Shown: positions 22,797-33,780, numbered from the stretch's first letter. The stretch: 64,000 nucleotides of DNA from an uncultured Thermoleophilia bacterium (GCA_963715985.1 CAVQSP010000012.1:15839-79838); one strand, 5' to 3'. The notes: generated from the letters alone by a model not told the origin. Numbers and translations are program-made.

Positions 22797-23268
22797 GGCC
22801 CGGACGCGCGAGGCGCCGCAAGCTGATGTCCAGCGCCTCGCGGCGCGCGTCGGCGGCCTCGTCGGCGTCTACGAACTGCAGCGCCCCCGAGGTGCAGAAG
22901 CGCACGCAGTCGGGGTCGCCGCCGCAGAGGTCGCACTTGCGGCTCACACCCAGCTCGCCGTCGAAGTGGATGTTGCCCATGGGGCAGGCGAGCAGGCACA
23001 TCTTGCAGCCGGCGCAGTGGTCGCGGTCGATCTCCACGGCGCCCGTGCTCTCGTCGCGGCTGATGGCGCCGGCCGGGCACACCTCCAGGCACCAGGCCTC
23101 GGAGCAGTGCATGCAGGTGAGCGGGATGCAGGCGTGGTCCTCGGCGTAGAAGTTCACGCGGATGAGCGACGCCGAGCGCGCGAAGTCGCCGCTCTGGCGA
23201 AAGGCGCAGGCGTACTCGCAGTCGCGGCAGGCCACGCACAGGTCGGGATCGGCGACGACGATGCGCAC
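22783..23268 (-). CDS. 4Fe-4S dicluster electron-transfer subunit
   Basis: Four Cys clusters (CVACRDC, CMHC, CAGCKMC, CDLC). Confidence 0.9.
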   Translation of the reverse strand: MRIVVADPDLCVACRDCEYACAFRQSGDFARSASLIRVNFYAEDHACIPLTCMHCSEAWCLEVCPAGAISRDESTGAVEIDRDHCAGCKMCLLACPMGNIHFDGELGVSRKCDLCGGDPDCVRFCTSGALQFVDADEAADARREALDISLRRLARPGRGER

Positions 23269-23271
23269 GAC

Positions 23272-24547
23272 TCAGCCTCCTCTCGCAGTGCCGGCCAGTC
23301 CCGCCGCCCGCAGGTCGCGCCGGCGGGCCGGGCTCGCCAGGTCTCTTCCCTCGATGAACGAAAGCAACTCGGGCAGCGCCCGTCGCCAGCGCACGTAGGG
23401 GCGCAGGCGGCCGAGCACCACGGCGCCCTCGGTGCCGCCGAGGGCGACGGCGCCGGCCGGCACGCCGCCGCGGCTCACCAGCTTGAAGTACTCGACGCCG
23501 GCGACGTCGCGCAGCAGCGTGACGTCGTCGCCGTCCTCTTCCACGAAACGACCGAGCGAGGCCACAGTCAAGCCGAACATCTCCGTGACGTTCATGCTGA
23601 GGCTGCCGCGGTACGTGACGCCGGCGCCGGCGAGGTTGGCGCCGGCCACCTTGCCCTGCTCCACCGCCGTGGGCCACAGCGCGTGGATCTCCGGCGGTCC
23701 GCCGGCGGCCGTGGGCCCGCGCGTCACGTCGCCGGCCGCGTACACGCCGGGGACCGACGTCTGCATGGTGGCGTCCACGGGGATGCCGGGCGCGCCCGGC
23801 TCGAGGGCCTGCTCCAGCAGCTCGTCGTTGGGGCGTGCGCCCGTGGCGACGATGACGGCGTCCACGGTGAACGGGTCGAGGCCGCCGGCGCAGACGCGCA
23901 CGGCGCCGCCCTCGTCCTCCAGGGCCTCCGTGCTGCGTGCCCGTGTGGATGGGCACGCCGTAGCTCTCGATGCGCTCGTGGAGCAGGCGCGCGGCCGGAG
24001 CGTCCAGCACGCGCGGCATGATGCGCCGGTCGAGCTCGACGACGGTCACCTCCAGGCCGCGGTAGCGCGCCGCCCACGCGGCCTGCAGCGCCACGAACCC
24101 TGAACCGAGCACGAGCGCCCGCGCCCCGGGCCGCAGCAGCGGGTCGAGGCGCACGGCGTCGGCGAGGGTCCAGAGGTGGTGGACGGCGGGGTGGTCGAGC
24201 CCGGGTATCGGGGGCCGCGCAGGCCGCGAGCCGGTGGCCAGCAGCAGGCTGTCGAAGGCCAGACGGCGCCCGCCGGCCAGCGCCAGCGTGCGGGCGCCCA
24301 CATCGAGGCCGTCGACGCGCACCCCGGAGACGAGGTCGGCGCCCATGCGCGAGTAGTACTCGGGGCCGCGGATCACGAGGCCGTCACGCGACACCTTGCC
24401 GCGCAGGAAGTACGGCAGCAGCACGCGGGAGTACGCCGGTCCGGGCTCCTCGCTGATCAGCGTGACCGCGGCGTCGCGCTCGTGGCGGCGGAAGCTCTCG
24501 AGCGCGCTCAGCGCGGCCGCGCTGTTGCCGACGATGGCGAGGTGCAC
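23272..24547 (-). CDS. FAD/NAD(P)-dependent oxidoreductase (frameshift near 23930)
   Basis: IVGNSAAA, LLATGS, GSGFVA, TSVPGVYAAGD. Confidence 0.85.
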
Positions 24548-24549
24548 CG

Positions 24550-26004
24550 TCAGCGCCCCTCGCCGCCCGCGAAGCCGGCCACCAGTTCGTCCGCGCGGGC
24601 GGCCACGTCCGCCGGCAGCGGCGGGACCTCGTGCGTGGCGAGCAGCTCGGCGGCCTTGCGCCGCGCCTTGGCGGCGAGGTCGAGGCCGCCGCCGGCCAGC
24701 CAGTTCTCGCGGCCGTCCCGGTTGAGGATCGTGGGGCGCCACTGCACCTCTCTCATGTGGCGCCGCGTGTGCTTGCTGCCCATGAAGTGGCCGCCGGGGC
24801 CGGTCTGCGCGATGACGTCCACGGCCAGGGTCTCGGCATCGACCTCCACGCCGCGCAGCAGCCGCCGGTTGGAGGCGATGAACTCGTCCACCATCACGAT
24901 GCTCTCCAGCGAGCCGGTGAGGCCGAAGTCCAGGTAGCCCACGTCGTGGGCCAGGTTGGAGCCGGCCTGCATGGCCAGCAGCGTCATCTGATTGGCCTCC
25001 ATGCCCATCTGCGCGTCCAGCACCTGGCTGTCGCTGGTCCCTGCGTTCCCCCAGTTGGGCAGGTCCAGCCACTTGGCCATCTCCACGGCACACATGTAGC
25101 CCATCTGGTAGCCGAGGTCGTTGTAGCTGGACTGGGCCGTGGCGATGTCCAGCACGGCCGAGCCGATGCCGAAGAGGAACGGCGCGCCCGGGACGCGCAG
25201 CTGGTGCATCACGAGGCCGAACAGGCACTCCGCGATGCCCTGCGCCGTGTGCCCCGCCACGGTGATGGGCGCCGTGGCCCCCGCCAGCGGCGCCGGCGAG
25301 TAGTTGGTCGGCACGCCGGCGTCGGCGCAGAGCAGCAGCTTCTCCACGCTGTCCGGGGGGTGCACGAGCGGGCTGGTGGGCTCGTTGTACATGATGAAGT
25401 ACGGCTTCTCCCGCAACTCGTCTGCGCCGCCGCGCAGCGCCCGCGCGATCTCGATCATCACGGCCAGGTCGCGCGCGTTCTCGGCCGTCATCACCAGCGG
25501 CTTGGTGGTGTTCTGCAGCATCGCGAGGAAGCTCACCAGGTACGCCCTGTGCGGGTCCTCGTCGGTGGGGTGGGCCGAGCTCATCACGAAGTCGATGTCC
25601 GGCAGCGCGTCGCACAGGCGGGCCGCGCGGCGCACGTCCTCGAGCACGCTGGGCCGGTGCTCCCCGGTCTCGAGGTCGTAGGTGGACATGAGGTCGGAGC
25701 CGGTGCCGAAGTAGCTGTTGTAGCCGCCCAGCTCCATGGCCGGCTCGCCCGCGCGGTCGTACACGTCGATCACGGACGGCGCGGTGCCGCGCGCCTGCTC
25801 CACGAGCTCCCGCGGGATGAGGATGCGGTCCTCCGTGGTCAGCGTGCAGCCCGCCTCGAGCAGCATCGCTTTGGCTTCGTCGTGGTGGACCTGCATGCCG
25901 ACGGCGCCGAGGATCTCGAGGACGGCCTCGTAGATGTCGAGCTTGGCCTGTTCGCTGAGGAAGCTCAAGTGGCCGATGCGAGATGCGTTGCGAAGGGTCT
26001 TCAC
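24550..26004 (-). CDS. MttB-family methyltransferase (non-pyrrolysine)
   Basis: FGTGSD, NTTKP, GATAPITVAG, AGTSDSQVLDAQ, GPGGHF; no in-frame TAG. Confidence 0.9.
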   Translation of the reverse strand: MKTLRNASRIGHLSFLSEQAKLDIYEAVLEILGAVGMQVHHDEAKAMLLEAGCTLTTEDRILIPRELVEQARGTAPSVIDVYDRAGEPAMELGGYNSYFGTGSDLMSTYDLETGEHRPSVLEDVRRAARLCDALPDIDFVMSSAHPTDEDPHRAYLVSFLAMLQNTTKPLVMTAENARDLAVMIEIARALRGGADELREKPYFIMYNEPTSPLVHPPDSVEKLLLCADAGVPTNYSPAPLAGATAPITVAGHTAQGIAECLFGLVMHQLRVPGAPFLFGIGSAVLDIATAQSSYNDLGYQMGYMCAVEMAKWLDLPNWGNAGTSDSQVLDAQMGMEANQMTLLAMQAGSNLAHDVGYLDFGLTGSLESIVMVDEFIASNRRLLRGVEVDAETLAVDVIAQTGPGGHFMGSKHTRRHMREVQWRPTILNRDGRENWLAGGGLDLAAKARRKAAELLATHEVPPLPADVAARADELVAGFAGGEGR

Positions 26005-26210
26005 GGGGTGTGCTCCTGACTCGTCCTGGTCCGCCGCGCCGGCTCCGGCGCCGGCAAGCGGACGGCGCCGGCACGCTGGGGGCGAGCGTGCCGGCGCCTG
26101 TCGCTGACTGCGGCGGCTGTCATGTGCCCGACACGAGCATCCGCGCCGCCGCGGCGATCACGGTTCCACGACGCCGGCGCGCGAGTGACATCGCCAGTAA
26201 CACGGCTCCG

Positions 26211-26270
26211 ATTCTGTAGCGCGCCCGCCCGCGGGTCAAGCCGGGCGCGTCGCGTTCCCGAATGCTGGAC
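26211..26270 (-). promoter_or_regulatory. Promoter TTGACC-N17-CAGAAT with operator variant 15 bp upstream
   Basis: -35 at 26234-26239, -10 at 26211-26216, ttcccgaatgctggac at 26255-26270. Confidence 0.6.
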
Positions 26271-26964
26271 AACAAACGCCGGCGGGCTCCATGCCCTTCG
26301 TGATGGCGAAGAACAGGCTGGAAGCGTCGACCTCGACCATCTCGAGCTGTGCGTCGCAGCCTGCGAGAGCCCGCCGCACGTCCTCCGGGTCCACCGTGCC
26401 CGCGGTGAAGCCGTCACTGCAGACGATGGCGCCGTCCCCGGTCCGCTCTCTGTCGATAGGGCCTATCAGGCCGGCCTCGGCCTGCGCCTCGAACCACGCA
26501 AGCCGCTCGTTCCAGAAGCGATCGCTGTACGTGGAGAGCAGCAGCAAGCCCCCGGGGCGCGTGACGCGCAGCAGCTCAGTCACCAGTAGGCGCACGTCCA
26601 CGTGAAACGCAGACGCGCCGTTCTGGATGCAGGCGACCACATCGAACGAAGCGTCGGCAAAGGTCAGCGCGGTCGCGTCCATGCGCGCGAAGAGGCAGTT
26701 GGGCACAGCGCGCAGTCCGGCAGCTGCGAGGGCAAGGCTTTCGGCAGACGTGTCGACGCCGACCACGAACCGCGCTGACTCCGCGAATGCCGGTACTGCC
26801 CTGCCGTAGCCGCACCCGACGTCCAGCAGCGTGTCGCCCGGAGTGAGCCGGGACACGACGTAGTCGATCTCGCCGCGGAGGTACTGTTGAACGCGTGGCG
26901 ACGCGAGCTCGTAGCAGAGGCGCAGAGACTCAGCGCTCAGACGCCGCATGTAGTAGCCCTCCAT
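26236..26964 (-). CDS. Class I SAM-dependent methyltransferase
   Basis: LLDVGCGYG, VGVD, MDA..L.F.D.SFD, LRVTRPGG. Confidence 0.8.
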   Translation of the reverse strand: MEGYYMRRLSAESLRLCYELASPRVQQYLRGEIDYVVSRLTPGDTLLDVGCGYGRAVPAFAESARFVVGVDTSAESLALAAAGLRAVPNCLFARMDATALTFADASFDVVACIQNGASAFHVDVRLLVTELLRVTRPGGLLLLSTYSDRFWNERLAWFEAQAEAGLIGPIDRERTGDGAIVCSDGFTAGTVDPEDVRRALAGCDAQLEMVEVDASSLFFAITKGMEPAGVCCPAFGNATRPA

Positions 26965-27045
26965 CCCGCTTTCCTTCCTCGCGTCACTGCCATCCACGGC
27001 CACCATACCCGCGCACGGCGTGGCACCGTGCCCGTGTGCGTTGCC

Positions 27046-27105
27046 GTCCAGCGTGCTGGACGGCGCCCCGCCTGGGTGTGAATCCCCTCGAGGCTGACCT
27101 ATAGT
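27046..27105 (+). promoter_or_regulatory. GTCC-N8-GGAC operator plus promoter of the lyase-pckA-hisC operon
   Basis: gccGTCCagcgtgctGGACggc, 15-bp gap, TGTGAA-N17-TATAGT. Confidence 0.7.
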
Positions 27106-27184
27106 CCTGACCGCGGGACGGGGCCGCCGCTTGCGGTGCCCTCGCCCTGCTGCCGGCTTCGGGCTCAGTCTGGAAGGAGACTCC

Positions 27185-28709
27185 GTGACCATCATCCTGG
27201 ACGGCGCGTCGCTGACCGTCGAGAAGCTCGTGCGCATCGCTCGTGACGGCGAGACGGTCGAGCTCGACCCCGCCGCGCTCGAGCGCATCAAGGTGTGCCG
27301 CGCCATGCTCGAAGAGAAGATCGTGGCCCGCGAGATCATGTACGGCACCAACACCGGCATCGGCGAGTTCTCGGAGATCGTGCTCGACGACGACCAGGTG
27401 CAGCAGTTCCAGCGCTTCCTCGTGTACAACCACGCCGCCGGCATCGGCGAGCCGGCGCCGATCGAGGTCGTGCGCGCCGCCATGGCGGCGCGCGTCAACG
27501 TCCACGCGCACGGCAACTCGGGCAACCGCCCGCGAGATCACGCAGACGCTGGTCGAGCTGCTCAACAAGGGCGTCACGCCGGTCATGAGCTCCAAGGGCT
27601 CGGTGGGCGCCTGCGGCGACCTCGCCCCCATGGCCCAGATGGCGCTGGTCATGATGGGCGAGGGCGACTCGTTCTACCAGGGCGAGCGCATGCCCAGCCG
27701 CGAGGCGCTCGAGCGCGCCGGCATCCCGGTCCCCGGGCTGGAGGCGCGCGACGGCCTGGCCACGATCAACGGCTCGAACGTCCTCACGGGCATGAGCGCG
27801 CTGCTCTGCTGGGACGCCGACCGCTGGCTGCGCCAGGCCGAGATCGCCGCGGCGATGAGCCTCGAGGCGCTGCTCGCCAACCTCAAGCCGTACAACAGCA
27901 AGCTGCACGAGCTGCGCGGCTTCTCCGGCGCCGTGCGCAGCGCGGCAGCCATCCGCGCCTGCATCCAGGACAGCGACCTCGCCACCGGCAAGATCAAGAC
28001 CAAGGTGCAGGACGCCTACTCGATGCGCTCGACGCCGCAGGTCGTCGGGGCCGCTCACGACGCGCTCAAGTGGGCGAAGAGCCAGGTGGAGATCGAGCTC
28101 AACGGCGTCGGCGACAACCCGATCTGGGTACCCGAGGAGAAGCTGACGCTGACCGGCGCGAACTTCCAGGGCACGCCGGTCAGCCTCCCCATGGAGATGG
28201 TCGGGCAGGCCATCACCATGGTCAGCGTGCTCAGCGAGCGCCGGCTCAACCGCATGGAGAACACCGCGACGAGCCAGGGTCTGCCGGACTTCCTGACGCC
28301 CAACCCCGGCTTCTACAGCGGCCTCATGCTCAGCCAGTACACCGCCGACATGCTCATCACCGAGCAGCGCATCCTGTCGGCGCCGGCCAGCACCATGAGC
28401 ATCCCGGCGGCGGCCGACCAGGAGGACTTCGTCTCGATGGGCATGAACACCGCCCTCAAGAACCGCCAGATCCTCGAGAACGCCTACGGCGTGCTCGGCA
28501 TCGAGCTCATGGCCGCGGCTCAGGCGCTCGACTTCCGCGACTTCACGCCCGGCAAGGGCGTGCGCGCCGCCAAGGCCGTCATCCGCAGGCACGTCGACCA
28601 CCTCGACGTGGACAGGCCGCTCTTCCCGGATCACAACGCCATGGCCGCGCTTGTGGCGTCGTGCGAGATCCTGGACGCCGTGGAGGCGGCCGTCGGCCCG
28701 CTGGGCTGA
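27185..28709 (+). CDS. HAL/PAL-family ammonia-lyase with Ala-Cys-Gly motif (frameshift near 27530)
   Basis: YGTNTGIG, NHAAG, GSVGACGDLAP, QDAYSMR, GANFQG, QEDFVSM. Confidence 0.88.
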
Positions 28710-28786
28710 GAGCGGCGCACACTCGCGCAGGCCGACGGCGGGCCCCCCTGGGGCGGCCCGCCGTCCCGCGTCGACCGGGAGGCACG

Positions 28787-30447
28787 ATGGACGAGAAGAC
28801 GGTCCACGCCCAGCTCGCCGAAGTGGGTCTGCGCGTGGGCACGGTGCATCGCAACCTCCCATCGCCAGAGCTCACGGCGCGCTCCCTGGCGCGCAAGGAG
28901 GGCATCCTCGCCGCCAACGGCGCCCTGGTGGTGACCACCGGCGAGCGCACGGGGCGCTCGCCGCAGGACCGCTACATCGTGGCCGATGAGGGCGCCGCCG
29001 GCGTAGCCTGGGGCGGCGCCAACCAGCCCTGCTCGACGGAGGTGTTCGACCACCACCTGCGGCTGGCGAGCGCGTTTCTGCGCGGCCGCGATGCCTACGT
29101 GTTCGACGGCTTCGTGGGCGCCGAGCCCGCGTACCGCCTGCCGGTGCGAGTGGTGGCCGAGGCGACGTGGCACGCGCTGTTCGCGCACACGCTGCTGGTA
29201 CGCCCGGAGCCCGTCGACCTCGAGGGCTTCGAGCCGGGCTTCACGGTCATCGCCTGCGGCGCTCTCCGGGCGGACGACGCGGCGGCCGCGGGCGCGTCCC
29301 TGGGCTTCGCGACGAGCGCGGGCGCGCCCCTGGCTCCGCGGCGGGCGCCGGACCCGGCGCCTCCGGCACGTTCGTCGGCATCTCGTTCAGCCGCCGCCTC
29401 GTGCTCATCCTCGGCACCGAGTACGCCGGCGAGATCAAGAAGGCGCTCTTCTCCGTCATGAACCACCTGCTGCCGCCGCGAGACGTGCTGCCCATGCACT
29501 GTTCGGCCACGGCCGGCAAGAACGGCGACGTGGCCTTGTTCTTCGGTCTCTCCGGCACCGGCAAGACCACGCTCTCGGCCGATCCCACGCGGCGCCTCAT
29601 CGGCGACGACGAGCACGGCTGGAGCGACCACGGCGTGTTCAACTTCGAAGGCGGCTGCTACGCCAAGGTCATCAGGCTGTCGGCGCGCGCCGAACCGCAG
29701 ATCTTCCAGGCCATCCGCTTCGGCTCCGTGCTCGAGAACGTGGTGGTCGACCCGCAGACGCGAGCCATCCATTGGGACGACGACTCCATCACCGAGAACA
29801 CGCGCGCCACCTACCCCGTTGATCACATCCCGGGCGCCGTCGTCACGGGCGAGGGCGGCACGCCCCGCAACGTCTTCTTCCTGGCAGCAGACGCCTACGG
29901 CGTGCTGCCGCCCATCGCCCGGCTCACCCCGGAGATGGCGAGCTACCACTTCCTCTCCGGGTTCACCGCCAAGGTGGCCGGCACCGAGGCGGGCGTCGAC
30001 GAGCCGGCGCCCACCTTCTCCGCCTGCTTCGGAGCGCCCTTCATGCCGCGCGACCCGGTGACGTACGCCACCATGCTCGCGGAGCGGCTGGCGCACGCGC
30101 CCACGCACTGCTGGCTGGTGAACACGGGCTGGTCGGGCGGGCCGTACGGCGTGGGCAAGCGCATGCGCATCTCGCTCACGCGCAACCTGCTCAAGGCGGC
30201 GCTCAGCGGCTCGCTCGAACACACGCGCATGACGCCGCACCCGGTGTTCGGATTCCTGGTGCCGGAGCACTGCCCGCACGTGGCGCCACGCTTTCTGGAC
30301 CCGCGCTCGACGTGGACCGACGGCGAAGCCTACGACCGGCAGGCGGCGGCGCTGGCGCAGCACTTCGCCGCCAATTTCGCGCAGTTCGAGGGGCGCGTGC
30401 CGCCCGCGGTCGCGGCCGCCGGCCCGCGTCTGGACACAGGAGGATGA
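28787..30447 (+). CDS. pckA: Phosphoenolpyruvate carboxykinase (ATP), frameshift near 29330
   Basis: [45 protein letters not shown]. Confidence 0.93.
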
Positions 30448-31496
30448 CCATGCCCCGCCGCCCGCCGTCCCCGCTGCCCCAGGTGGCCGCGCTCACAGCG
30501 TACGTCCCCGGCCGCCCGTCGCCGAGCGAGGCCGGCAGCCTGGCCTCCAACGAGTCGCCCTTCGGCGCGTCTCCGGCCGTGCAGGCCGCCCTCGCCGGAG
30601 CCGCGGCCCGCATCCACCGCTACCCCGACCCGCTGGCCGCGGAGCTGTGCGCGGAGCTTGCCCGCCTGCACGGCGTGGGGCCCGACAACGTCCTCGTCGC
30701 CAACGGCTCGGACGAGGTCATCTACCTGCTCGTGATGGCCTACGCCGCCGGCGGGCGCGCCGTGTGCGCCGACCCGCCGTACCGCCTGGACGACATCGTG
30801 CCGCAGATCATGGGCGGCTACGGTCGTCAAGGTGCCGCTCAAGGACTGGGCGCACGACCTGGAGGCGATGGCCGCCGTGGAGGCCGACATCGCCTTCGTC
30901 GTCAATCCCCACAACCCCACGGGAACGACCGTCTCCCCGGAGGCGCTGCGGCGACTTCGCCGAGCGCAGCCCGGCCCGGCTCGTCGTCGTCGACGAGGCG
31001 TACATCGACTTCGCCGACGACCCGGCGGCCGCCAGCATGGTCCGCGAGACCGGCGGCAACATGGTGGTGATGCGCACCTTCTCCAAGGCCTACGGCCTTG
31101 CAGGTGCGCGCGTCGGCTACCTGGTCGGCGCGGCAGAGGTCATCGACGCGCTGCGCAAGATCCGCCCTCCCTTCTCCGTGAGCTCGCCCACGCAGGCGGC
31201 GGCACTGGCGGCGCTCGCCGACACGGAGCACCTCGCGTTCGTGCGCGAGCAGACGCGCCTCGGGCGCGAGCGCCTGCGCGAGCGTCTTCACGGCCGCCGG
31301 CTACGAGGTGGTGCCGTCGCAGGCGAACTTCGTGCTCGTCGTGGCGCCGGACGCCGAGGAACTGGCGGCGCGCCTCGAGCGCGGCGGGGTGAGCGTCCGC
31401 CTGGGCGCCAACCTCGACCTGCCGGGCACGGTGCGCGTCACGGTGGCGTCCGACGAGGGTTTCGCGCTGCTCGAAGGCGGCGCTGCGCGAGAGTAG
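30444..31496 (+). CDS. Histidinol-phosphate aminotransferase-like class I/II PLP enzyme, frameshifted
   Basis: [43 protein letters not shown]. Confidence 0.85.
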
Positions 31497-31504
31497 GGGT
31501 GCGG

Positions 31505-31581
<77 letters not shown>

Positions 31582-31710
31582 GCGAAAGGACGCTGAAGGC
31601 CGGCACAGAGTGGGCCGGCCGCGGTACAGCGGAACGGGAGTCTAGCACACGCCGGACGGCGCGGCAAAACGGCCGTGCCGGTGCGCCGGCGGTCGCGGCC
31701 GGCGGCGCGC

Positions 31711-32943
31711 TCAGGTGCGCCCGGCGCGGCCCTGCGTGACCAGATACTCGGCGACGGCCCGTCCGAACCACGGCCTGTCCGGCAGGCCGTGGTAGCCGGG
31801 CCGGTCGCCGACGGCGATGGCGTCCTGGTAGGCCGTGAGGATCTCGTCCGTCACACAGCCCCAGGAGAGCCGCTGGGCGGCGGCGAGGCCATTGGCCGCG
31901 AGACGCGCTCGCAGCAGAGCGTCGTCCAGCACCTGCTCGAGAGCCGCGGCGAGGACGCCGGGCTGGTCCGGGGGCACGAGCACTCCGGCGTCCCCGTCTT
32001 GCAGCACGGCGCGGTAGCCCGGCAGGTCGGAGGCCACCACCGGCACGCCGGCGGCCATGGCTTCCGCCAGCACGATGCCGAAGCTCTCGGCGGTCAGCGA
32101 CGGCGCGCACACCACCTCGGCCTGGCCCAGCTGCCTCACCTTCTCGTCGTCGTCGACCCAGCCGAGCGGATCGACGCCGGTGAGGTCCACCGGCGTGCCC
32201 AGACCGGCGCGAAGGGTGTCGAGCACCTGTCGCCGCGAGGCGCCGGCGATGACCAGACTGGCGTCGGGCCGGCGGCGGCGCAGCTGCGCGAACGCCGCCA
32301 GCAGCACCCCGAGCCCCTTGCGCCGCTCGGCCCGCCCGATGAAGAACACCCGGCCCCTGACTTTGGCCGCGCCCACGGCCGGCGCGTACTTCTCCACGGC
32401 CACACCGTTGGGGATGATGCGCCAGCCTTCGGGGAACATGCGCGCCGGGTATTCGCGGGCCGCCTGCGAGACGGCGATGCGCACGTCGATGCGCCGCATC
32501 ATCGACCTCACCACGGGCTCCAACGTCGTGTACGCGGCCGACGCCTCGAGGGCCGCGTGGAAGGTGCCCACCACCGGACACGTGGACAGGAGCACCGCCC
32601 CTGCGGCCACAGATGGCGTGAACGGCTCGTGCACGTGCAGCACGTCGAAGCGCGTCGCGCGCAGGGCGCGGTCCATGCGCAAGACCGCCCTGGGGTTGAG
32701 GCTGATGTAGGCGCGGGAGCTGTTGCTGGGGATGGGGACTGCGGCGCCCATGGGGATGAAGCGTTCGGCCGCACGCTGGCGACGGCTGTCAACGGCGCGG
32801 CGCCGGGGCGTCAGGGCGCCGACCGGCGCCAGGATCCAGGGCTCATGGCCGCGCGCCTCCAGCTCCTCGGCGAGGTGCTCGATGTGCTGGTTGACGCCTC
32901 CCGGGACCGTCCAGGAGTACGGGGATACGAGACCGACGCGCAC
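31711..32943 (-). CDS. GT4 glycosyltransferase (PimA-like mannosyltransferase)
   Basis: VSPYSWTVPGGV, HVHEP, RKG, ESFGIVLAEAMA. Confidence 0.85.
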   Translation of the reverse strand: MRVGLVSPYSWTVPGGVNQHIEHLAEELEARGHEPWILAPVGALTPRRRAVDSRRQRAAERFIPMGAAVPIPSNSSRAYISLNPRAVLRMDRALRATRFDVLHVHEPFTPSVAAGAVLLSTCPVVGTFHAALEASAAYTTLEPVVRSMMRRIDVRIAVSQAAREYPARMFPEGWRIIPNGVAVEKYAPAVGAAKVRGRVFFIGRAERRKGLGVLLAAFAQLRRRRPDASLVIAGASRRQVLDTLRAGLGTPVDLTGVDPLGWVDDDEKVRQLGQAEVVCAPSLTAESFGIVLAEAMAAGVPVVASDLPGYRAVLQDGDAGVLVPPDQPGVLAAALEQVLDDALLRARLAANGLAAAQRLSWGCVTDEILTAYQDAIAVGDRPGYHGLPDRPWFGRAVAEYLVTQGRAGRT

Positions 32944-32954
32944 GCGCGCCCCTC

Positions 32955-33581
32955 TCACTCGTCCCGATCGAGCCAGAAGCGCTTCCACCAGCCGGACGGC
33001 GAGGACGGGAGCGCCGCGCCCGCCGTGCCCTTGAGCCGCGCGCCGAAGAGGATGGTGATCAGCGCCAGCGGCGCCAGAGCGCGGGCCGGGCGGCGCCGGT
33101 GCAGCGCCAGGCTGATGACCGGCAGCGAGAGCGCCGTCACCGTGACCGCTTCGGCGTGGTGGTGCAGCAGGCTGCCGCCCACGAGAGGCACGCAGCCGAT
33201 GGCCATCATGGGCGTGTCCATGGCGAAGGCGGCGCCCAGCGCGCTGGCGGCGCCGCGCCCCTTGACCACGGTGATATGCCCGACCATGGCGCTCAGACCG
33301 ATGGCCGCCACGGCGCCTTCGCCGGCGCCGGCCAGGCGCGCGGCGGTGGCCGGCACGTAGGCCTTGGCCGCGTCCAGCGCCAGCACGCCGGCGCCGGCCT
33401 TGGCGCCCACGCTGCGGGCCACGTTGGAGGAGCCGGGCTTGCCGTCGCCGATGTCGTCCAGCGACTTGCCGGTGAGGGCCCGGGTCATGAGACGGCCGCT
33501 GGGGATGCATCCGGAGGCGAAGGCGCCGCCCATCCACACCAGGGTGCGGGCGGCGCCCCAAGGCTTGCGATCACGTGGCAC
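32955..33581 (-). CDS. PlsY-like glycerol-3-phosphate acyltransferase
   Basis: GDGKPGSSN, LDAAK, VGH..KGRGAA motifs. Confidence 0.7.
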   Translation of the reverse strand: MPRDRKPWGAARTLVWMGGAFASGCIPSGRLMTRALTGKSLDDIGDGKPGSSNVARSVGAKAGAGVLALDAAKAYVPATAARLAGAGEGAVAAIGLSAMVGHITVVKGRGAASALGAAFAMDTPMMAIGCVPLVGGSLLHHHAEAVTVTALSLPVISLALHRRRPARALAPLALITILFGARLKGTAGAALPSSPSGWWKRFWLDRDE

Positions 33582-33780
33582 GACGGGCTCCTCTCATGCC
33601 GAGCGAAACGGCCCCGACGGCCGGCGGGATGACCCAGGTGAAGAGCCGCCAGAGCACGAGGCTGGGGACGTGGGTGTCGTGGCCGGCGTCCGTGCGGTAG
33701 TCCGCGCCGGCCTCTCGCTTCGTGTCGAACCCGTATGGCTGCGGGTCGCCGGCGGCGACCGCGTCGGCCCTCTCGCTCAT
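33571..33780 (-). CDS. Small hypothetical membrane protein
   Basis: ATG overlaps upstream stop, hydrophobic C-terminus. Confidence 0.35.
   Translation of the reverse strand: MSERADAVAAGDPQPYGFDTKREAGADYRTDAGHDTHVPSLVLWRLFTWVIPPAVGAVSLGMRGARRAT

Noticed and set aside
10333-26004. Pyrrolysine in the MttB genes
   Set aside because: Both complete genes are open, full length and without an in-frame TAG, and no pyl genes are in the window. The first copy is cut off before the relevant position.
22286-26074. Very long alternative-frame and antisense ORFs (for example 1262 aa)
   Set aside because: Arg/Ala/Pro-rich shadow ORFs expected in high-GC DNA, overlapping well-supported genes.
27185-28709. 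Calling the second lyase an ergothionase
   Set aside because: Characterised ergothionases lack MIO, whereas this protein keeps an MIO-compatible A-C-G motif, so the substrate is left open.
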